In this document: piece by piece, positions 35,040 to 48,267 of the stretch | Position numbering within the stretch: the stretch's first letter is position 1 | Layout: the number at the start of each line of letters is the position of its first letter | Origin: Leucoraja erinacea | Lineage: Eukaryota | NCBI RefSeq assembly: GCF_028641065.1 | Contig: NC_073379.1 | Span: 36,084,001 to 36,148,000 of the forward strand | Direction of reading: 5' to 3' | DNA length: 64,000 bases | The notes under the pieces: generated by a model | What the model was told of the DNA's origin: nothing | What the model saw: the letters and a program-made list of their open reading frames with translations, nothing else | Databases searched by the model: none | Translations under genes and position numbers: made by a program

Positions 35040-36602
35040 TGTCACTCATGCTTTGAGTCATACTGTGGCTCCGCCCACTGGTTTAATAGAAAGCCCTTTT
35101 CCCTTTCTTCCCCAGTCTTGAGTAGTGTGTTAAGATGAAGTTACCTATGCTTTATTGCTAATAAAATTATTTGTATCTTAATCACTGTACGTGAGTTAAG
35201 TCATTCCAACATGGTGTCAGAAGTGGGATACGAACCAACGCCTCCAAATGGAGACCAGTGCAGTGTGTAACAGCTTGACACCTCATCACCAAGAGCAACC
35301 ACTTCTCTCACACCCAGCTCCTGCCCTCCCGTCGTCTATAGTGGCAAATGACATATTTGAGTGGCATGGCAAACAGTACCTGGTACTTGTCGACTCATAA
35401 TCCAGCTGGTTTGACATCGATTTTCTTATTAGCTCTGCTTCTCACGGGATAGTTCTAAAACTCGCTCGCCATTTTGTAGACCATGGAGCTCCTTGCATAC
35501 TGCTATCTGATAACGGCAGTCAATTTACCGGCCAGCACTTCAAAGAGTTTGCTGCATGCTGGGGTTTTCACCACATCACCAGCAGCCCTGAATATCCACA
35601 GTTGAATGGACTGTCTGAACAAGCTGTCACGAGCTAATGGAATGATCCCACAGAGCTAATTCCGACATGTACCTGGACCTGCTCAACCTACACAACATCT
35701 CCCGCAACCCCATCTTGGATTCACCTTCTCAACGTTTATTGTCAAGGCAGGCCCGAACCACGGTGCCTGTGGCAGATCAGGCATTGATCCCGCAGGTGGT
35801 CCCACCATCGGAAGTACAGTCCAGGCTGCAACAAAATCATGACCTTCAAAAACATTGGTATGACAAAAGAAGCAGGCCGCTGCCACCATTAACCAAGGGG
35901 CAGGTGATTCGTTTGCAAACTGACAAAGGTCATGACCGTATTGGTGTAATTTCTGGAACTGCCTCTGAGCCACACTCATATTTGGTTAGTGCTGATGGCG
36001 GCACCTACAGACGTAACAGACAACATATCCTGCCTGTGAATGAGCCGGCTCCATCTCCGTATTATCTCGACCGTACAAGTGTACTTCCGTCCACGTCCAG
36101 CGGCATCAGTCTGCCTATACCAGCACAACAACCCACTTTTGAAATGGCTACTCTGCCAATGGCGATGCCTCCTCCGCCTGTGCCAAAGTCCCCTGTTTCA
36201 TCACCGGGAATGCTGTTTCAATCTCCGCCACCAGTAATACCACCGACTCTGTCCCCAATGACGAAAAAACGGAAATGGTTTATATAGCGCACACATGCTG
36301 GCTGTGTTTGCAAGCCCACCATGAAATACTCAGGCTATGTTTGACTTTCCTCCAGCTTATTATCAACTGCTATGCATGCCTTATTTAGTCAATGGTTTTG
36401 TACTGACATTTAATTCTTTAAGAACGAGGATGTCACTCATGTTATGAGTCATACTGTGGCTCCGCCCACTGGTTTAATAGAAAGCCCTTTTCCCTTTCTT
36501 CCCCAGTCTTGAGCAGTGTGTTAAGATGAAGTTACCTATGCTGTATTGCTAATAAACGTTTTTGGATCTTAATCACTGTACGTGAGTAAAATCATTCCAA
36601 AA
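35040..36602 (+). mobile_element. Internally deleted Ty3/Gypsy LTR retrotransposon (LTR-PBS-integrase-PPT-LTR)
   Basis: 172-bp LTRs 35040-35211 (TG..CA) and 36431-36602, about 11 mismatches by eye; PBS TGGTGTCAGAAGTGGGAT; integrase remnant CSVC...DIFEW..YLVLVDS...LSDNGSQF...SSPEYPQLNG...YRRNRQHI; purine tract 36420-36430. Confidence 0.92.
35212..35258 (-). other. Extended primer-binding site: 47-nt copy of the 3' half of mature tRNA-Leu
   Basis: Minus strand CTGGT-CTCCATTTGGAG-GCGTTGGTTCGTATCCCACTTCTGACA-CCA: variable-arm hairpin, T-arm, acceptor strand and encoded CCA. Confidence 0.85.
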
Positions 36603-36734
36603 CAGCCATAATTGAATGGCGGAGTAGATTTGATGGGCCAAATGGCCTAATTCTGCGCTTGTGAACATATCCTCGTCTTTCAGAAACATCTTTCCATCAT
36701 CTCGAGGCAGCTGGCATTGTTGGTGAAGGGGTAA

Positions 36735-39100
36735 AACAATAATCTGCCGGAAATAGCAGGGGACCACGGATCAAATGAGGAACTGAGTGAAATCCAGGTT
36801 AGTCCGGAAGTGGTGTTAGGTAAATTGAATGGATTAAAGGCCGATAAATCCCCAGGGCCAGATAGGCTGCATCCCAGAGTGCTTAAGGAAGTAGCCCCAG
36901 AAATAGTGGATGCATTAGTGATCATTTTTCAAAACTCTTTAGATTCTGGAGTAGTTCCTGAGGATTGGAGGGTAGCTAATGTAACCCCACTTTTTAAAAA
37001 GGGAGGGAGAGAGAAAACGGGGAATTACAGACCAGTTAGTCTAACATCGGTAGTGGGGAAAATGCTAGAGTCAGTTATTAAAGATGGGATAGCAGCAAAT
37101 TTGGAAAGTGGTGAAATCATTGGACAAAGTCAGCATGGATTTATGAAAGGTAAATCATGTCTGACGAACCTTATAGAATTTTTCAAGGATGTAACTAGTA
37201 GAGTGGATAAGGAAGAACCAATGGATGTGTTATATCTGGACTTTCAGAAGGCTTTCGACAAGGTCCCACATAAGAGATTAGTATGCAAACTTAAAGCACA
37301 TGGTATTGGGGGTTCAGTATTGATGTGGATAGAGAACTGGCTGGCAGACAGGAAGCAAAGAGTATGAGTAAACAGGACCTTTTCAGAATGGCAGGCAGTG
37401 ACTAGTGGGGTACCGCAAGGTTCAGTTCTGGGACCCCAGCTATTTACAATATATATTAATGATTTGGACGAGGGAATTGAATGCAACATCTCCAAGTTTG
37501 CGGATGACACAAAACTGGGGGGCAGTGTTAGCTGTGAGGAGGATGCTAGGATGCAAGGTGACTTGGATAAGTTGGGTGAGTGGGCAAATGCATGGCAGAT
37601 GCAGTATAATGTGGATAAATGTGAGGTTATCCACTTTGGTGGCAAGAACAGGAAAGTAGACTATTATCTGAAAGGTAGCCGATTAGGAAAAGGGGAGATG
37701 CAACGAGACCTGGGTGTTATGGTACACCAGTCATCGAAAGTAGGCATGCAGGTGCAGCAGGCAGTGAAGAAAGCGAATGGTATGTTAGCATTCATAGTAA
37801 AAGGATTTGAGTACAGGAGCAGGGAGGTTCTACTGCAGTTGTACAGGGCCTTGGTGAGACCAAATCTGGTGTATTGTGTACAGTTTTGGTCTCCAAATCT
37901 GAGGAAAGACATTCAGGCCATAGAGGGAGTATAGAGAAGGGTCCCCAGACTCATTCCTGGGATGGCAGGACTTTCATATGAAGAAAGACTGGATAGACTT
38001 GGTTTATAGATTAGATTAGATTAGATTAGATTATTACTTTATTAATCCTCTTATTCAGAGGAAATTCAGATGTCCTTGCAGTACACTAATAAAAATACAA
38101 CATAGCATTCAAGAAGTTTAACATTAAAACATAAAACATCCCCCCACAGAGGTTCCCACTGTGGGGGAAGGCACAAAGTCCAGTCCCCATCCTCTTGTCC
38201 ACCCAGAGTCGGGCCTATTGAGGCCTCCACAGTCGCCGTTACGGGGCCCGATGTTCCCGGCCGTTCTCGCCAGGTGATGGTACTCCAGCGTCGGTAGAAC
38301 CCTCAGCAGCTTGGGGTGCCAGGAACGGCCGCCCTCTTACCGGAGACCGTGGCCTCCAGGCCAACAGACCGCGCTGAACGAAGCTTCACTCACTGGCGAT
38401 CTCGGCGAGAGATCCCAGGCTCCGGGATGTAAAGTTCAGCGCCGCAGCTGACCGCTCCACAGAACCACGGCTCCACGATGTTTTTATCGGCGGTCCCAGC
38501 ATACTGGAGTTCCAGCGCGGCGATCCAGGCAAGGCATCGCCCGCTCCGCGACAGCGCCCCAGCGCTGCGCCGCCGCCAAAGCCGAGGTTCTGGCCAGGTC
38601 CCCTCAGAAAACGTCGCTCCAGGACCCGCTGGTAGGCCACGAGGACAGGTCGAAGGTGCTGCTCGGAGGAAGGCAGCCTCACCGTCCAGGTAGGGATTTG
38701 AAAAAGCAGTTTCCCCTTCCCCCCCACCACCCCCCACACAACAAGATTAGACCCCCCCCGACTACACACTTTAACGCACTAAAAATAATAAAAAGGAAGT
38801 GAAGAAAATGGACAGCTGCAGGACAGGCAGCCGCACAGGACAGCGCCCCTACCGGAGTATACTCGCTAGAATTTAGAAGATTGAGGGGGGATCTTATAGA
38901 AACTTACAAAATTCTTAAGGGGTTGGACAGGCTAGATGCAGGAAGATTGTTCCTGATGTTGGGGAAGTCCAGAACAAGGGGTCACAGTTTAAGGATAAGG
39001 GGGAAGTCTTTTAGGACCGAGATGAGATAAATATTTTTCTCACAGAGAGTGGTGAATCTGTGGAATTCTGTGGAGGCCAATTCACTGGATGATTTCAAGA
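36735..39100 (+). mobile_element. CR1 LINE RT region, interrupted by 849-bp insertion
   Basis: KSPGPDRLHPRVLKE, NYRPVSLTS, DFQKAFDKV, KFADD; continues after 38858. Confidence 0.92.
38009..38857 (-). mobile_element. GC-rich retroposon family member, apparently full length
   Basis: (AATCT)n tail after AATAAA on minus strand; TATA duplicated at 38005-38008 and 38858-38861 within the CR1. Confidence 0.8.
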
Positions 39101-39344
39101 GATGTTTTCATTTCAGCCTAAATGGCCTACCCTTTATTCTTATTATGTCGCTATCTTTATCTGGAAAAAACCTAGTCTTCTGAGTTATTCAGAACAAACA
39201 CTGATCAATACCTCTGCAACTCTTCCTTCCTCTATAGAGATGGGCAACATTTTTATTTTCGGTGCAGCTATCATAACCAATTTTCTCACCACCAACCGAG
39301 TAAGATCATGGTGAACATTAATGATGGCTAGATTTAGGGACTCG

Positions 39345-39665
39345 CACTACAATATAGTAGTGTAGCTAATAGACTGCTGCCACACAGTACTAGACACCCA
39401 CCCAATCTTGAACCAGTGCTGTCCATGTGGGTATTTGTGCACTCTCTCCCCATGACTTCATCGGCCTCATTAGGGTACTCCAGTTACTTCCCACATTTCA
39501 AAGAGGCGTGGGTCTGTAGGTTAGTTGGCTGTTGTAAATAGCTTGTAGTCTGTAGATGGTTGGGAGAATGTGGGGGTGTAGAGGTGATGGGAAATAGGAT
39601 GAATGTAGGATTAGTGTGATTGCTGTTCAGCACAACTCAGTGGTCCTGTTTTCATGTCACATCTG
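39345..39665 (+). mobile_element. Degenerate HE1/V-SINE-type SINE
   Basis: TTCCCACATTTCAAAGA core and similar layout to younger copies. Confidence 0.5.
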
Positions 39666-40424
39666 TCCATGTACAACTGTGCCAAGTTCAAACAATTTCT
39701 CCATGCCCACCACAACAAACTCTCTCATTATTTCATTCACATTTAATAACCTTCACTGTTCAGGCAAAAGAGCCTCGGCCATTTTAATATTTTAGTGGAT
39801 TAAATATTAATCTAAAGACTCTGTCAAAGTGACTGGATTTCATGGAAAATATGATGATACTAATTGTCATCCATCTTTTAGTAAAACATTTTGCACATGA
39901 AATAATGTGTTTGAACCTTGAGGAATGTGCCAAGGTTGAAGTTAGTGTCTAAAAGGGGCACATGCAACTGAATGGAGAGAGGCATCAGTTATAAGGATCA
40001 ACACTGATTAATGTTTGTTATCTTGTAAAAGAGCAGCAAGTGGGTGAGAAGCAGTGGCTTAAAATAAGTCTGGAGTGCTAGAGGAGAACATGCAAAGTTA
40101 TTAATAATCCAGAATGATAATGATGGCTTCATTTTATAGTGCTTTTGCATAATTTCCTGAATACTTCACAGTTAAAGAATTTACACGGGTAATATATGGT
40201 TTTCAATTTTTCACACAGCAAGCTCCAGTCAACAACATATTTATGGTGATGGAAAGATGTTGTTTTTTGACACATTCAATGGGATCTTTGAGTGCAGATC
40301 AGAGTGCAGCTAAAACCTTCAATAAATATCTCATCTAAAAGTCAAGATCATGGGATGTTCATTACTTCTGTACTTCACTGGTGTCATCTTAGATTATTGT
40401 ACTCATGCACCTCTGATTTCTGGA

Positions 40425-40795
40425 TTCCCTCCCCATCAAAGACCCACACCATCCTGGCCACACACTCATCTCCCACCTACCTTCAGGTAGAAGGTACAGG
40501 AGCCTGAAGACTGCAACAACCAGTTTCAGGAATAGCTACTTCCCCACAGCCATCAGGCTATTAAACCTGGCTCGGACAAAACTCTGATTATTAATAACCA
40601 CTTTCTGTTATTTGCACTTTACCAGTTTATTTATTCATGTGTGTATATATTTATATCATGGTATATGGACACATTTATCTGTTTTGTAGTAAATGCCTAC
40701 TATTTTCTGTGTGCTTAAGCAAAGCAAGAATTTCATTGTCCAATACAGGGACACATGACAATAAACTCACTTGAACTTGAACTTGAACTTGAACA
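40425..40795 (+). mobile_element. Rex/Babar LINE 3' end
   Basis: IKDPHHPGH..LPSGRRYRSL..RNSYFPTAIRLLN; GGGACACATGACAATAAA + (CTTGAA)n tail. Related tails at ~8100-8303, 21500-21563, 59231-59490. Confidence 0.8.
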
Positions 40796-41130
40796 TTTAG
40801 AAAATAATCTACACCTTTATTCCTACTACCAAAATGCATGACTCTACTCTTTGCTACACTATTCCATCTGCCACTTCTCTGCCCTCTCTCCCAACCTATC
40901 AAAATCCGTCTGCAGAGTCCCTGCTTTCTCTACACTACCTGACCCTTCACTTATTTTCATATAATCTGCAAACTTGGTCTCAAAACCTTCAATCATTAAT
41001 ATACGACATGGAGAGCAGCGGTCCCAGCACCGAGCCCTGCGGAACTCTGCTAGTCACTGGCAGCCAACCAGAAAAATCTGCCTTTATTGCCATTCTTTGC
41101 CTTCTGCCATCTAGCCAACCTGATATATAT
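40796..41130 (-). mobile_element. CR1 RT fragment (older)
   Basis: RRQRM...WLPVTSRVPQGSVLGPLL..YIND on minus strand. Confidence 0.8.
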
Positions 41131-42864
41131 TTAATACATGATATTATATTTAATATGAGGAACAAAGGTAAACAAATTAAACATGTACTGTATTCCTTCA
41201 ATTTTCTCATTCTTTCATTTTATACCTTGATATTTTCAGTTATAATGAAATAAAACTTCACAGAAATATAACCTTTCCAGTTTCTAAGTAATAACTTCCA
41301 ACATTACAAAGTGAGCAATCTTCTTTTACATTTTTACCATTTACAAATAATTGGTGGCTAGTAGGATAATACAGTACATGTTGTGGCTATGTAACAACAT
41401 GTACTACTCTTCAAAATTACATGATGGTTTGAAGCACTTTGCATGGTAAGGCATTATGTAATGATAGTTTTGTTACATGCTATGAAGAGTCTTCATTTTG
41501 AATTCTTAAGAGGTGGATAACATTTTCATAATGAACATTTTCTGATGATCTCAAAGATATTCATTTTTTTACGAGCTGTTGGATTATTTTTAACTTGCTT
41601 TGTGTAAACAAATTATTATGCTAACAGTTATATAGGAAAAATATGCTGATTATCATTGTTCCACTAATGCATTTCAGAAACTATCTGAAAAATTACAGGC
41701 ATCAGAGATAATCCATAAACTCCACAGTAACCTTCTGGGCAATTCTGATTGAAAAAATGTAGGTATTGTCTGAATCTGTTGATAACATGGGCTGAATAGA
41801 ATTATGTGAGGAGCAACTACTCCTTGCTGAGACAAAAGTTACATTCAGCATGACGAATTTCCTGTAGCAACACAAGGTGCAGTAATTGGGAAGCTCCATG
41901 GACAACAGAGAGAGAGAAAATATTACCTTGTGCCTCTCAAAAAATTGTTGCAGTCATTTAAAACCTGAGAAATGTTAAAATATATTAAATGCATCTGAGA
42001 CCTTGGAGCAGTTTGACCGATGTAACACGCTCTTAATGGGTTTCATTGGCATACCACAATTGGGCATTCACAAAGCTCTTTGTCTCCAAAAGTAATTGTT
42101 TTTCTGCATGTTCAGAATTTAGTACTTTCGTCAAGGTTTTTTTCAAGGTTTGTACTCTGTTATTACCGTTATAACCATCTGTTATTTCAATTTCCCTTCT
42201 GCTTCTTTGTCTATTTGAAGGTCTCCCTTAGTGTGGCTTGTATATGCTCCATGTGTTTGCACATGTAATCTCAGCATTGTTTTCTAAACTTGTCACAAGG
42301 AATTGAAAAGAAGTAATGAGCAATGTAGGCAGTAGGGTTATAATTATCCAATGGTCTTGGATAATGTGTTTAAAACAGTGCCACCAATTACAATCTGACA
42401 ATAAAACTGAAACTCAGTGGTGATGTTTTGGTGACCTGAAACATCACCTAACCTTTTTCTTCAGAGATGCTGCCTGATCCACTGCATCATTTAGTTTCCA
42501 TTCTTGCTGTAAAAAAACATCTGCAGTTCCATCCAACACATAAAACTGAAAATGCTCTTTCATGCAATGTTACACCACAGAAAAACTCCAACATGCCTGT
42601 CATGATTCATGGAAACATTCTTTAGTAGGTCCAACATCCTTTCTGCGACCATTTTACAGGACCTGGGCGCTGCAGGCAAGGCCATCATTTATTTCCCAGT
42701 CATAAACCCCCCTGAGAAGGCAGTAGTGAGGCATCTTCTAGAACTGCTGAAGGCTTATGGTGAAGTAGTCCCAGATGATGTTAGGTAGAAACAACCACGA
42801 TTAAGACCCAATGACAATGAATGATCAATGTGATATTTCAGAGTCAAGGTGGTGCATAAGTTGA

Positions 42865-43495
42865 AAAGGAACAAAAAGCAACAAAACACACAAAATACAT
42901 TTTAACATCAACATCCACCACAGTGACTCCTCCACATTCCTCACTGTGATGGAAGGTTCAATCTCTTCCCTTCTTTGTTCTCCCGAGGTCAGGGGCCTTG
43001 AGCTTTCTGTTAACGGGACGATCTTTGCTACCATAGACACCGGTCGGGCCCTCTGCGTCGGGGTGATAAAGCTCCCGCATCGGGCGATCAGACCCCGAGT
43101 CGGGGCTGCAGTGACTTTGGAGCTTCCCGACATCAGCCTCTACCCGAGACTGCGAGCTCCTCGATGTTCAATTCTGCATGTTCAATTCTGCAGGCTCCGA
43201 TCGTGTCCACGGTCCCGCGGTGCTCAGTCAGTCTTGAGCAAGGCCGCCGGCTACATGATATTAGGCTGCAAAGCGACCGGAGATACGATCCAGGAAACAA
43301 TTGCATCTCTTGCAATGTAAGAGATTGAAAAAAAGTTTTCCTCCACCCTCGCCCCCAACCCCACCCCCGTCCCACCCCCCATATAAAAAAACCAAACAAC
43401 ATTAACATATACTTTTAAAACACACTCAAAATAACAAAAAAGACGAAAAGGCAGACTATTGGCAAGGCCGCCATCACTGACGGTGCCACCCAGTG
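42865..43495 (-). mobile_element. Diverged member of the GC-rich retroposon family
   Basis: Same order as 23335: AACATC..CCACACAG, AGTCGGGGC, CCCC tract, A-rich tract, GCCGCC..CCCAGTGG end. Confidence 0.6.
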
Positions 43496-44381
43496 GTTCT
43501 GCAGCCAGAAATAATTTCTCCTTGTTATATCCCCAGAACTGCCCATGATTTTGAACAGCTCTATTACATCTCTGGAGTTTTCAAGTAGTTGAAGCTTTGC
43601 TGCTGTGTGAGTGAATGTATTATGAACCTTAAACTCTCTCCCACATTCTCCTAATCTGATCAACTACATATATTTATTTGTATATTTCAGTTTTATATCA
43701 ACTATATATATTTCAGTTTATCCCTACATAGTTGAATGTCATTCTCAATTCATATTGACTGGTCTGCGGTTACTTATTGGGAGGATGTATTGTCAGTTAA
43801 GGAACAGTACTTCAATTTCACTATGACATTGGATGGTGTACTTAAAACATTGCCATTAATTATAGTCAGAATGCAATATTAATGAAATGCTTTCGCTCAC
43901 ACTGTCATGGGGAGACAATCCTACATTCTCACTGTGCTTTCTCTTTCATGTGAAATGCACAATATTAACACATGGAACTGTGCAAAAATGAAGCAGGGAA
44001 GGGCAGGAAGAGAAATGGGAAGCCAACTGATGACTACATCTCCTAACTTCACTTCTCCAACAATCCTGTCTTTCTTTTGCCAAATAGTTACTGGGTGTAA
44101 TTATTGTGTTTCTTTATGATTTAAGAAAGTGTGTTGACGGGGTAGTTGTATTTGATGGTTTTCAAAATTCTTGGACCAAAGTTTATAATAAAACCTTGAT
44201 GAAAATTATTAATCTGCCACAATGCATTTCTCATTTTGCTCCTTGACGTAGTCAGTTTTCAAATGTGTATGATTCAATAACTCACATTACTCGTCCTGCA
44301 ATAGTTTGTCACGGAGGTATATTCAATTTATTTTGTAATTGGATTCAGAAGATTTTGCAGTCTTATTTTCAGAAGAAGTAG

Positions 44382-45470
<1,089 letters not shown>

Positions 45471-45495
45471 TAAGAGAACTATTGTTTTTTCATTG

Positions 45496-45823
45496 TATGT
45501 AGGAAGGAACTGCAGATGCTGGCTAAACCGAAGATAGACACAAAAAGCAGGAGGTACACGGCCTGTCAGACAGCATCTGTGGAGAAAAGGAATATGTGAT
45601 GTTTCTGGTCAAGAGATATAGAGAAATATAGAGCACATGAATAAACGACATGCAAAACGTTTACAATATTCTATATCTCACTATATCACCACCTATATCT
45701 CTTGTTTGCCCTTCCCCTAACACTCAATCTGAGGAAGCGTCTTGACCCGAAATGTCATCTATTTATTTTCTCCAGAGATGCTGTCTGACCAGCTGAGTTA
45801 TTACAGCTTTTTGTGCCTATCTG
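45496..45823. repeat. Inverted pair of Penelope-derived tail repeats
   Basis: Minus copy 45496-45614, plus copy 45728-45823. Confidence 0.8.
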
Positions 45824-45849
45824 TTTATTTCCCATTATTGGCTGTGAGT

Positions 45850-46150
45850 CAGTGGGTTGCACTCCTGACTCCGTGTTAAAAGCTCGAGATTCATGTGTCA
45901 TTTTTGTGACTTGTCTGTGTCTGGAATGTTGAAGGTGTTACGTGAAACCAAGCACCCTCCGAGACAAATGTAGAAAAATCTATAACACCATTTCAGGGGA
46001 GATATCTTTGATGCTCAGACCAAAATATCCTTCCAGCAATAGATGATCTGATTATTATGGTATTGTGGTTTGTGGGGGTTTGATATGCACAAATTGGATG
46101 TCAGGTTTCACACATTTCATATGCCTACAATAATACCTCATTGGCTATGT
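45850..46150 (+). mobile_element. Ancient DeuSINE/SacSINE1-like remnant
   Basis: AGATGATCTGATTATTATGGTATTGTGGTTTGTGGG..TGCACAAATTGG..G resembles the recalled Deu-domain 3' part; highly decayed. Confidence 0.4.
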
Positions 46151-46485
46151 CATAAAAGATAGTATAAAAATACATATCATCCATTCCCCCTCTATTATAA
46201 TCATGCATTAATAAAAGTCCTATTTGATTTTCATCACATGCCTTAATTTGAAAATTTTTCATCTTGCATTTTCACAGCCCTTCGTGATCTTGTCTCTTTC
46301 TATCTCATCCTGCTCCACAATCCTTTTCAGGTACCACACTGTCAAATCTGATCTCTCACTTAACCCTGAGATCAAGTGCTCTGCAATTGGCACTTGCACC
46401 TATAGCTTCCCACATCTTCGCCTCCCTAAACCTTTGTGTTTTTTCCTCATTTAAACTGTTCCTTAAAACCTGTACATTTGACAAA

Positions 46486-46793
46486 TGTGGTACAGCAGTA
46501 GAGTTCCTGCCTTATAGCGCTTGCAGCGCCAGAGACCCGGGTTCGATCCCGCCATCAGGTGCTGTCTGTACAGAGTTTGTACGTTCTCCCTGTAACCACG
46601 TGCTTTTTTTTCTCTGAGATCTTCGGTTTCTTCCCACACTTCAAAGATGCACAGGTTTGTAGATTAATTGGCGTGGTTAAAGTGTAAATTGTCTCTAATG
46701 TGAGTAGGATAGTGTTAATGTGCGGGGATCACTGCTCAGGGTGGACTCGGTGGGCCGAAGGGCCGGTTTACGCATTGTATCTCTAAACTAAAC
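46486..46793 (+). mobile_element. HE1/V-SINE-type SINE
   Basis: CAGCGCCAGAGACCCGGGTTCGATCC B-box, V-type core, GGGCCGAAGGGCC..TGTATCTCTAAACTAAAC tail. Confidence 0.85.
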
Positions 46794-47037
46794 GTTTGAT
46801 CATCTGTCCTAATGTGATTCAGTTTCATTTTCTTTATTAATGTTGCTATATTCCAAAATATAACTAGGATTTTACTTCGGAGTCACGTGAGTGACTACGT
46901 GAAGAACCCACCCAGTGCGCAGGCGCGGCATTACGCCAGCAGCGCAACAGCGGCGGCAGCTGGAGCCAGGCTCTCCAGCTGCAGGTAAAAGACAAGACCT
47001 CAGGTAAGTGAGTCTTTTGTATTACAGAGTCGCTAGC

Positions 47038-48267
47038 ATGGCTACCCGCAAGCGACAAAGCAAACGGACTGCCTGCCCAACTCCCCCCGAGGAAGGGTCA
47101 ACATCTGGGCGGCAGCCACCGGCGGCAGAGGAGCATTTTCAGCGCTCCCGTACACCCGACCCCGAGCCGCTCCCTGTGCTGCCGACTTCAACACCTCGCA
47201 CAGGGAGGAAATCCACCCGTAAAACGGACCGGCCGGTGGTCTCTGACTCGTCGGAGGAACGGGAACATTCTCCACCGGCTAAACGGGGAGACAGCCGCTT
47301 AAGCTGCATGAGGCAGCTCCTCGAACAAATGTTCGAGCAGGAGATGCAGGCAAGGCATCTCCAGGGAGGACGGGCTGAGGCCTCCTCCAAACCGTCACCT
47401 TACCCCTCTGCTCCCTCCTTATTTGAGGTCAGCAAGGGAGGCCAGGACTGGGCTGGCTTATCGCAGGGGCAGGCGGACGACTGCACAAGTATGCCAGGGG
47501 AGCAGGAGGAAGAAGAGCTGCTGGGTGTGGTCAACCGGTATGCGGCGCCCCCGAAGGCCGGGAGAATGCTGACCCCAAAAATGGCGGCCAGCATAAACCG
47601 GCTATCCAACAAGCCTCTCCAGGAAAAAGTCATCCAGGAGGCTCTCGAGACATACACGGCACCCGAGAACTGTGAGGCGCTGCGCGTTAAGACCGTCAAT
47701 GGCCAGATATGGAGCCAGCTAGGCCAACATATTAGGAGCCAAGAGCTGAAAATGCAACGCATCCTGAAGCTCCATACCGCTGCCATCACCGCCTTTGCTC
47801 GGTCCGCAGAGCACACGGACCTCACTACACCTCAACAGGATGTCCTAGCTCTGATGTGTAACACCCACTTTGAGATGAACAACTTAAGGCGGGAAAACAT
47901 CAGGCCTGCCCTCAACCCCAAATATGCAGGGCTTTGCAAAGCTCCTGCGCCAGAGAAGGAGGCGCTGCTATTTGGGGCTGACCTGGGAAAAAGGCTCAAA
48001 GAACTTGAAGAGGTGGCCAAACCAGTAGGCCTCATGAGGGCAGGACCAGCGCCGAGCAGGGCGAAGACACCCAGTTGGCAGCACCCCTCGGCATCCACCA
48101 GCAGATACCGGACTGGTGAAAGCCTGGCTACCGCTCCTCACTACCCCCATAGCTCTTTTTTAGAGAGGGGCCCAGAGCGGAGCCGTGGGAAGATACGCCG
48201 CCCCGTGACAGCACCAACAAAAACGCCCGCGAGCCAAACCCACCAACGAAGACGCTCCCAAAAATGA
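47038..48267 (+). CDS. gag: DIRS ORF1, Gag-like protein (409 aa)
   Basis: First ATG of the element; long open frame with PENCEAL..KTVN.QIW and LFGADL motifs; assignment mainly positional. Confidence 0.75.
   Translation: MATRKRQSKRTACPTPPEEGSTSGRQPPAAEEHFQRSRTPDPEPLPVLPTSTPRTGRKSTRKTDRPVVSDSSEEREHSPPAKRGDSRLSCMRQLLEQMFEQEMQARHLQGGRAEASSKPSPYPSAPSLFEVSKGGQDWAGLSQGQADDCTSMPGEQEEEELLGVVNRYAAPPKAGRMLTPKMAASINRLSNKPLQEKVIQEALETYTAPENCEALRVKTVNGQIWSQLGQHIRSQELKMQRILKLHTAAITAFARSAEHTDLTTPQQDVLALMCNTHFEMNNLRRENIRPALNPKYAGLCKAPAPEKEALLFGADLGKRLKELEEVAKPVGLMRAGPAPSRAKTPSWQHPSASTSRYRTGESLATAPHYPHSSFLERGPERSRGKIRRPVTAPTKTPASQTHQRRRSQK

Noticed and set aside
35212-35258. tRNA-Leu gene
   Set aside because: Only the 3' half, with encoded CCA, abutting an LTR: a primer-derived copy.
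2590-39640. REST/NRSF RE1 sites (TCAGCAC at ~2596, 12358, 25653, 39626)
   Set aside because: Only half-sites; the GGACAG half is missing.
46486-46560. tRNA genes at SINE heads
   Set aside because: A/B boxes continue into SINE core and LINE-like tail; no cloverleaf.
47008-47037. GTG start for gag
   Set aside because: Eukaryotic element; ATG 47038 (AGCATGG) is the plausible start.
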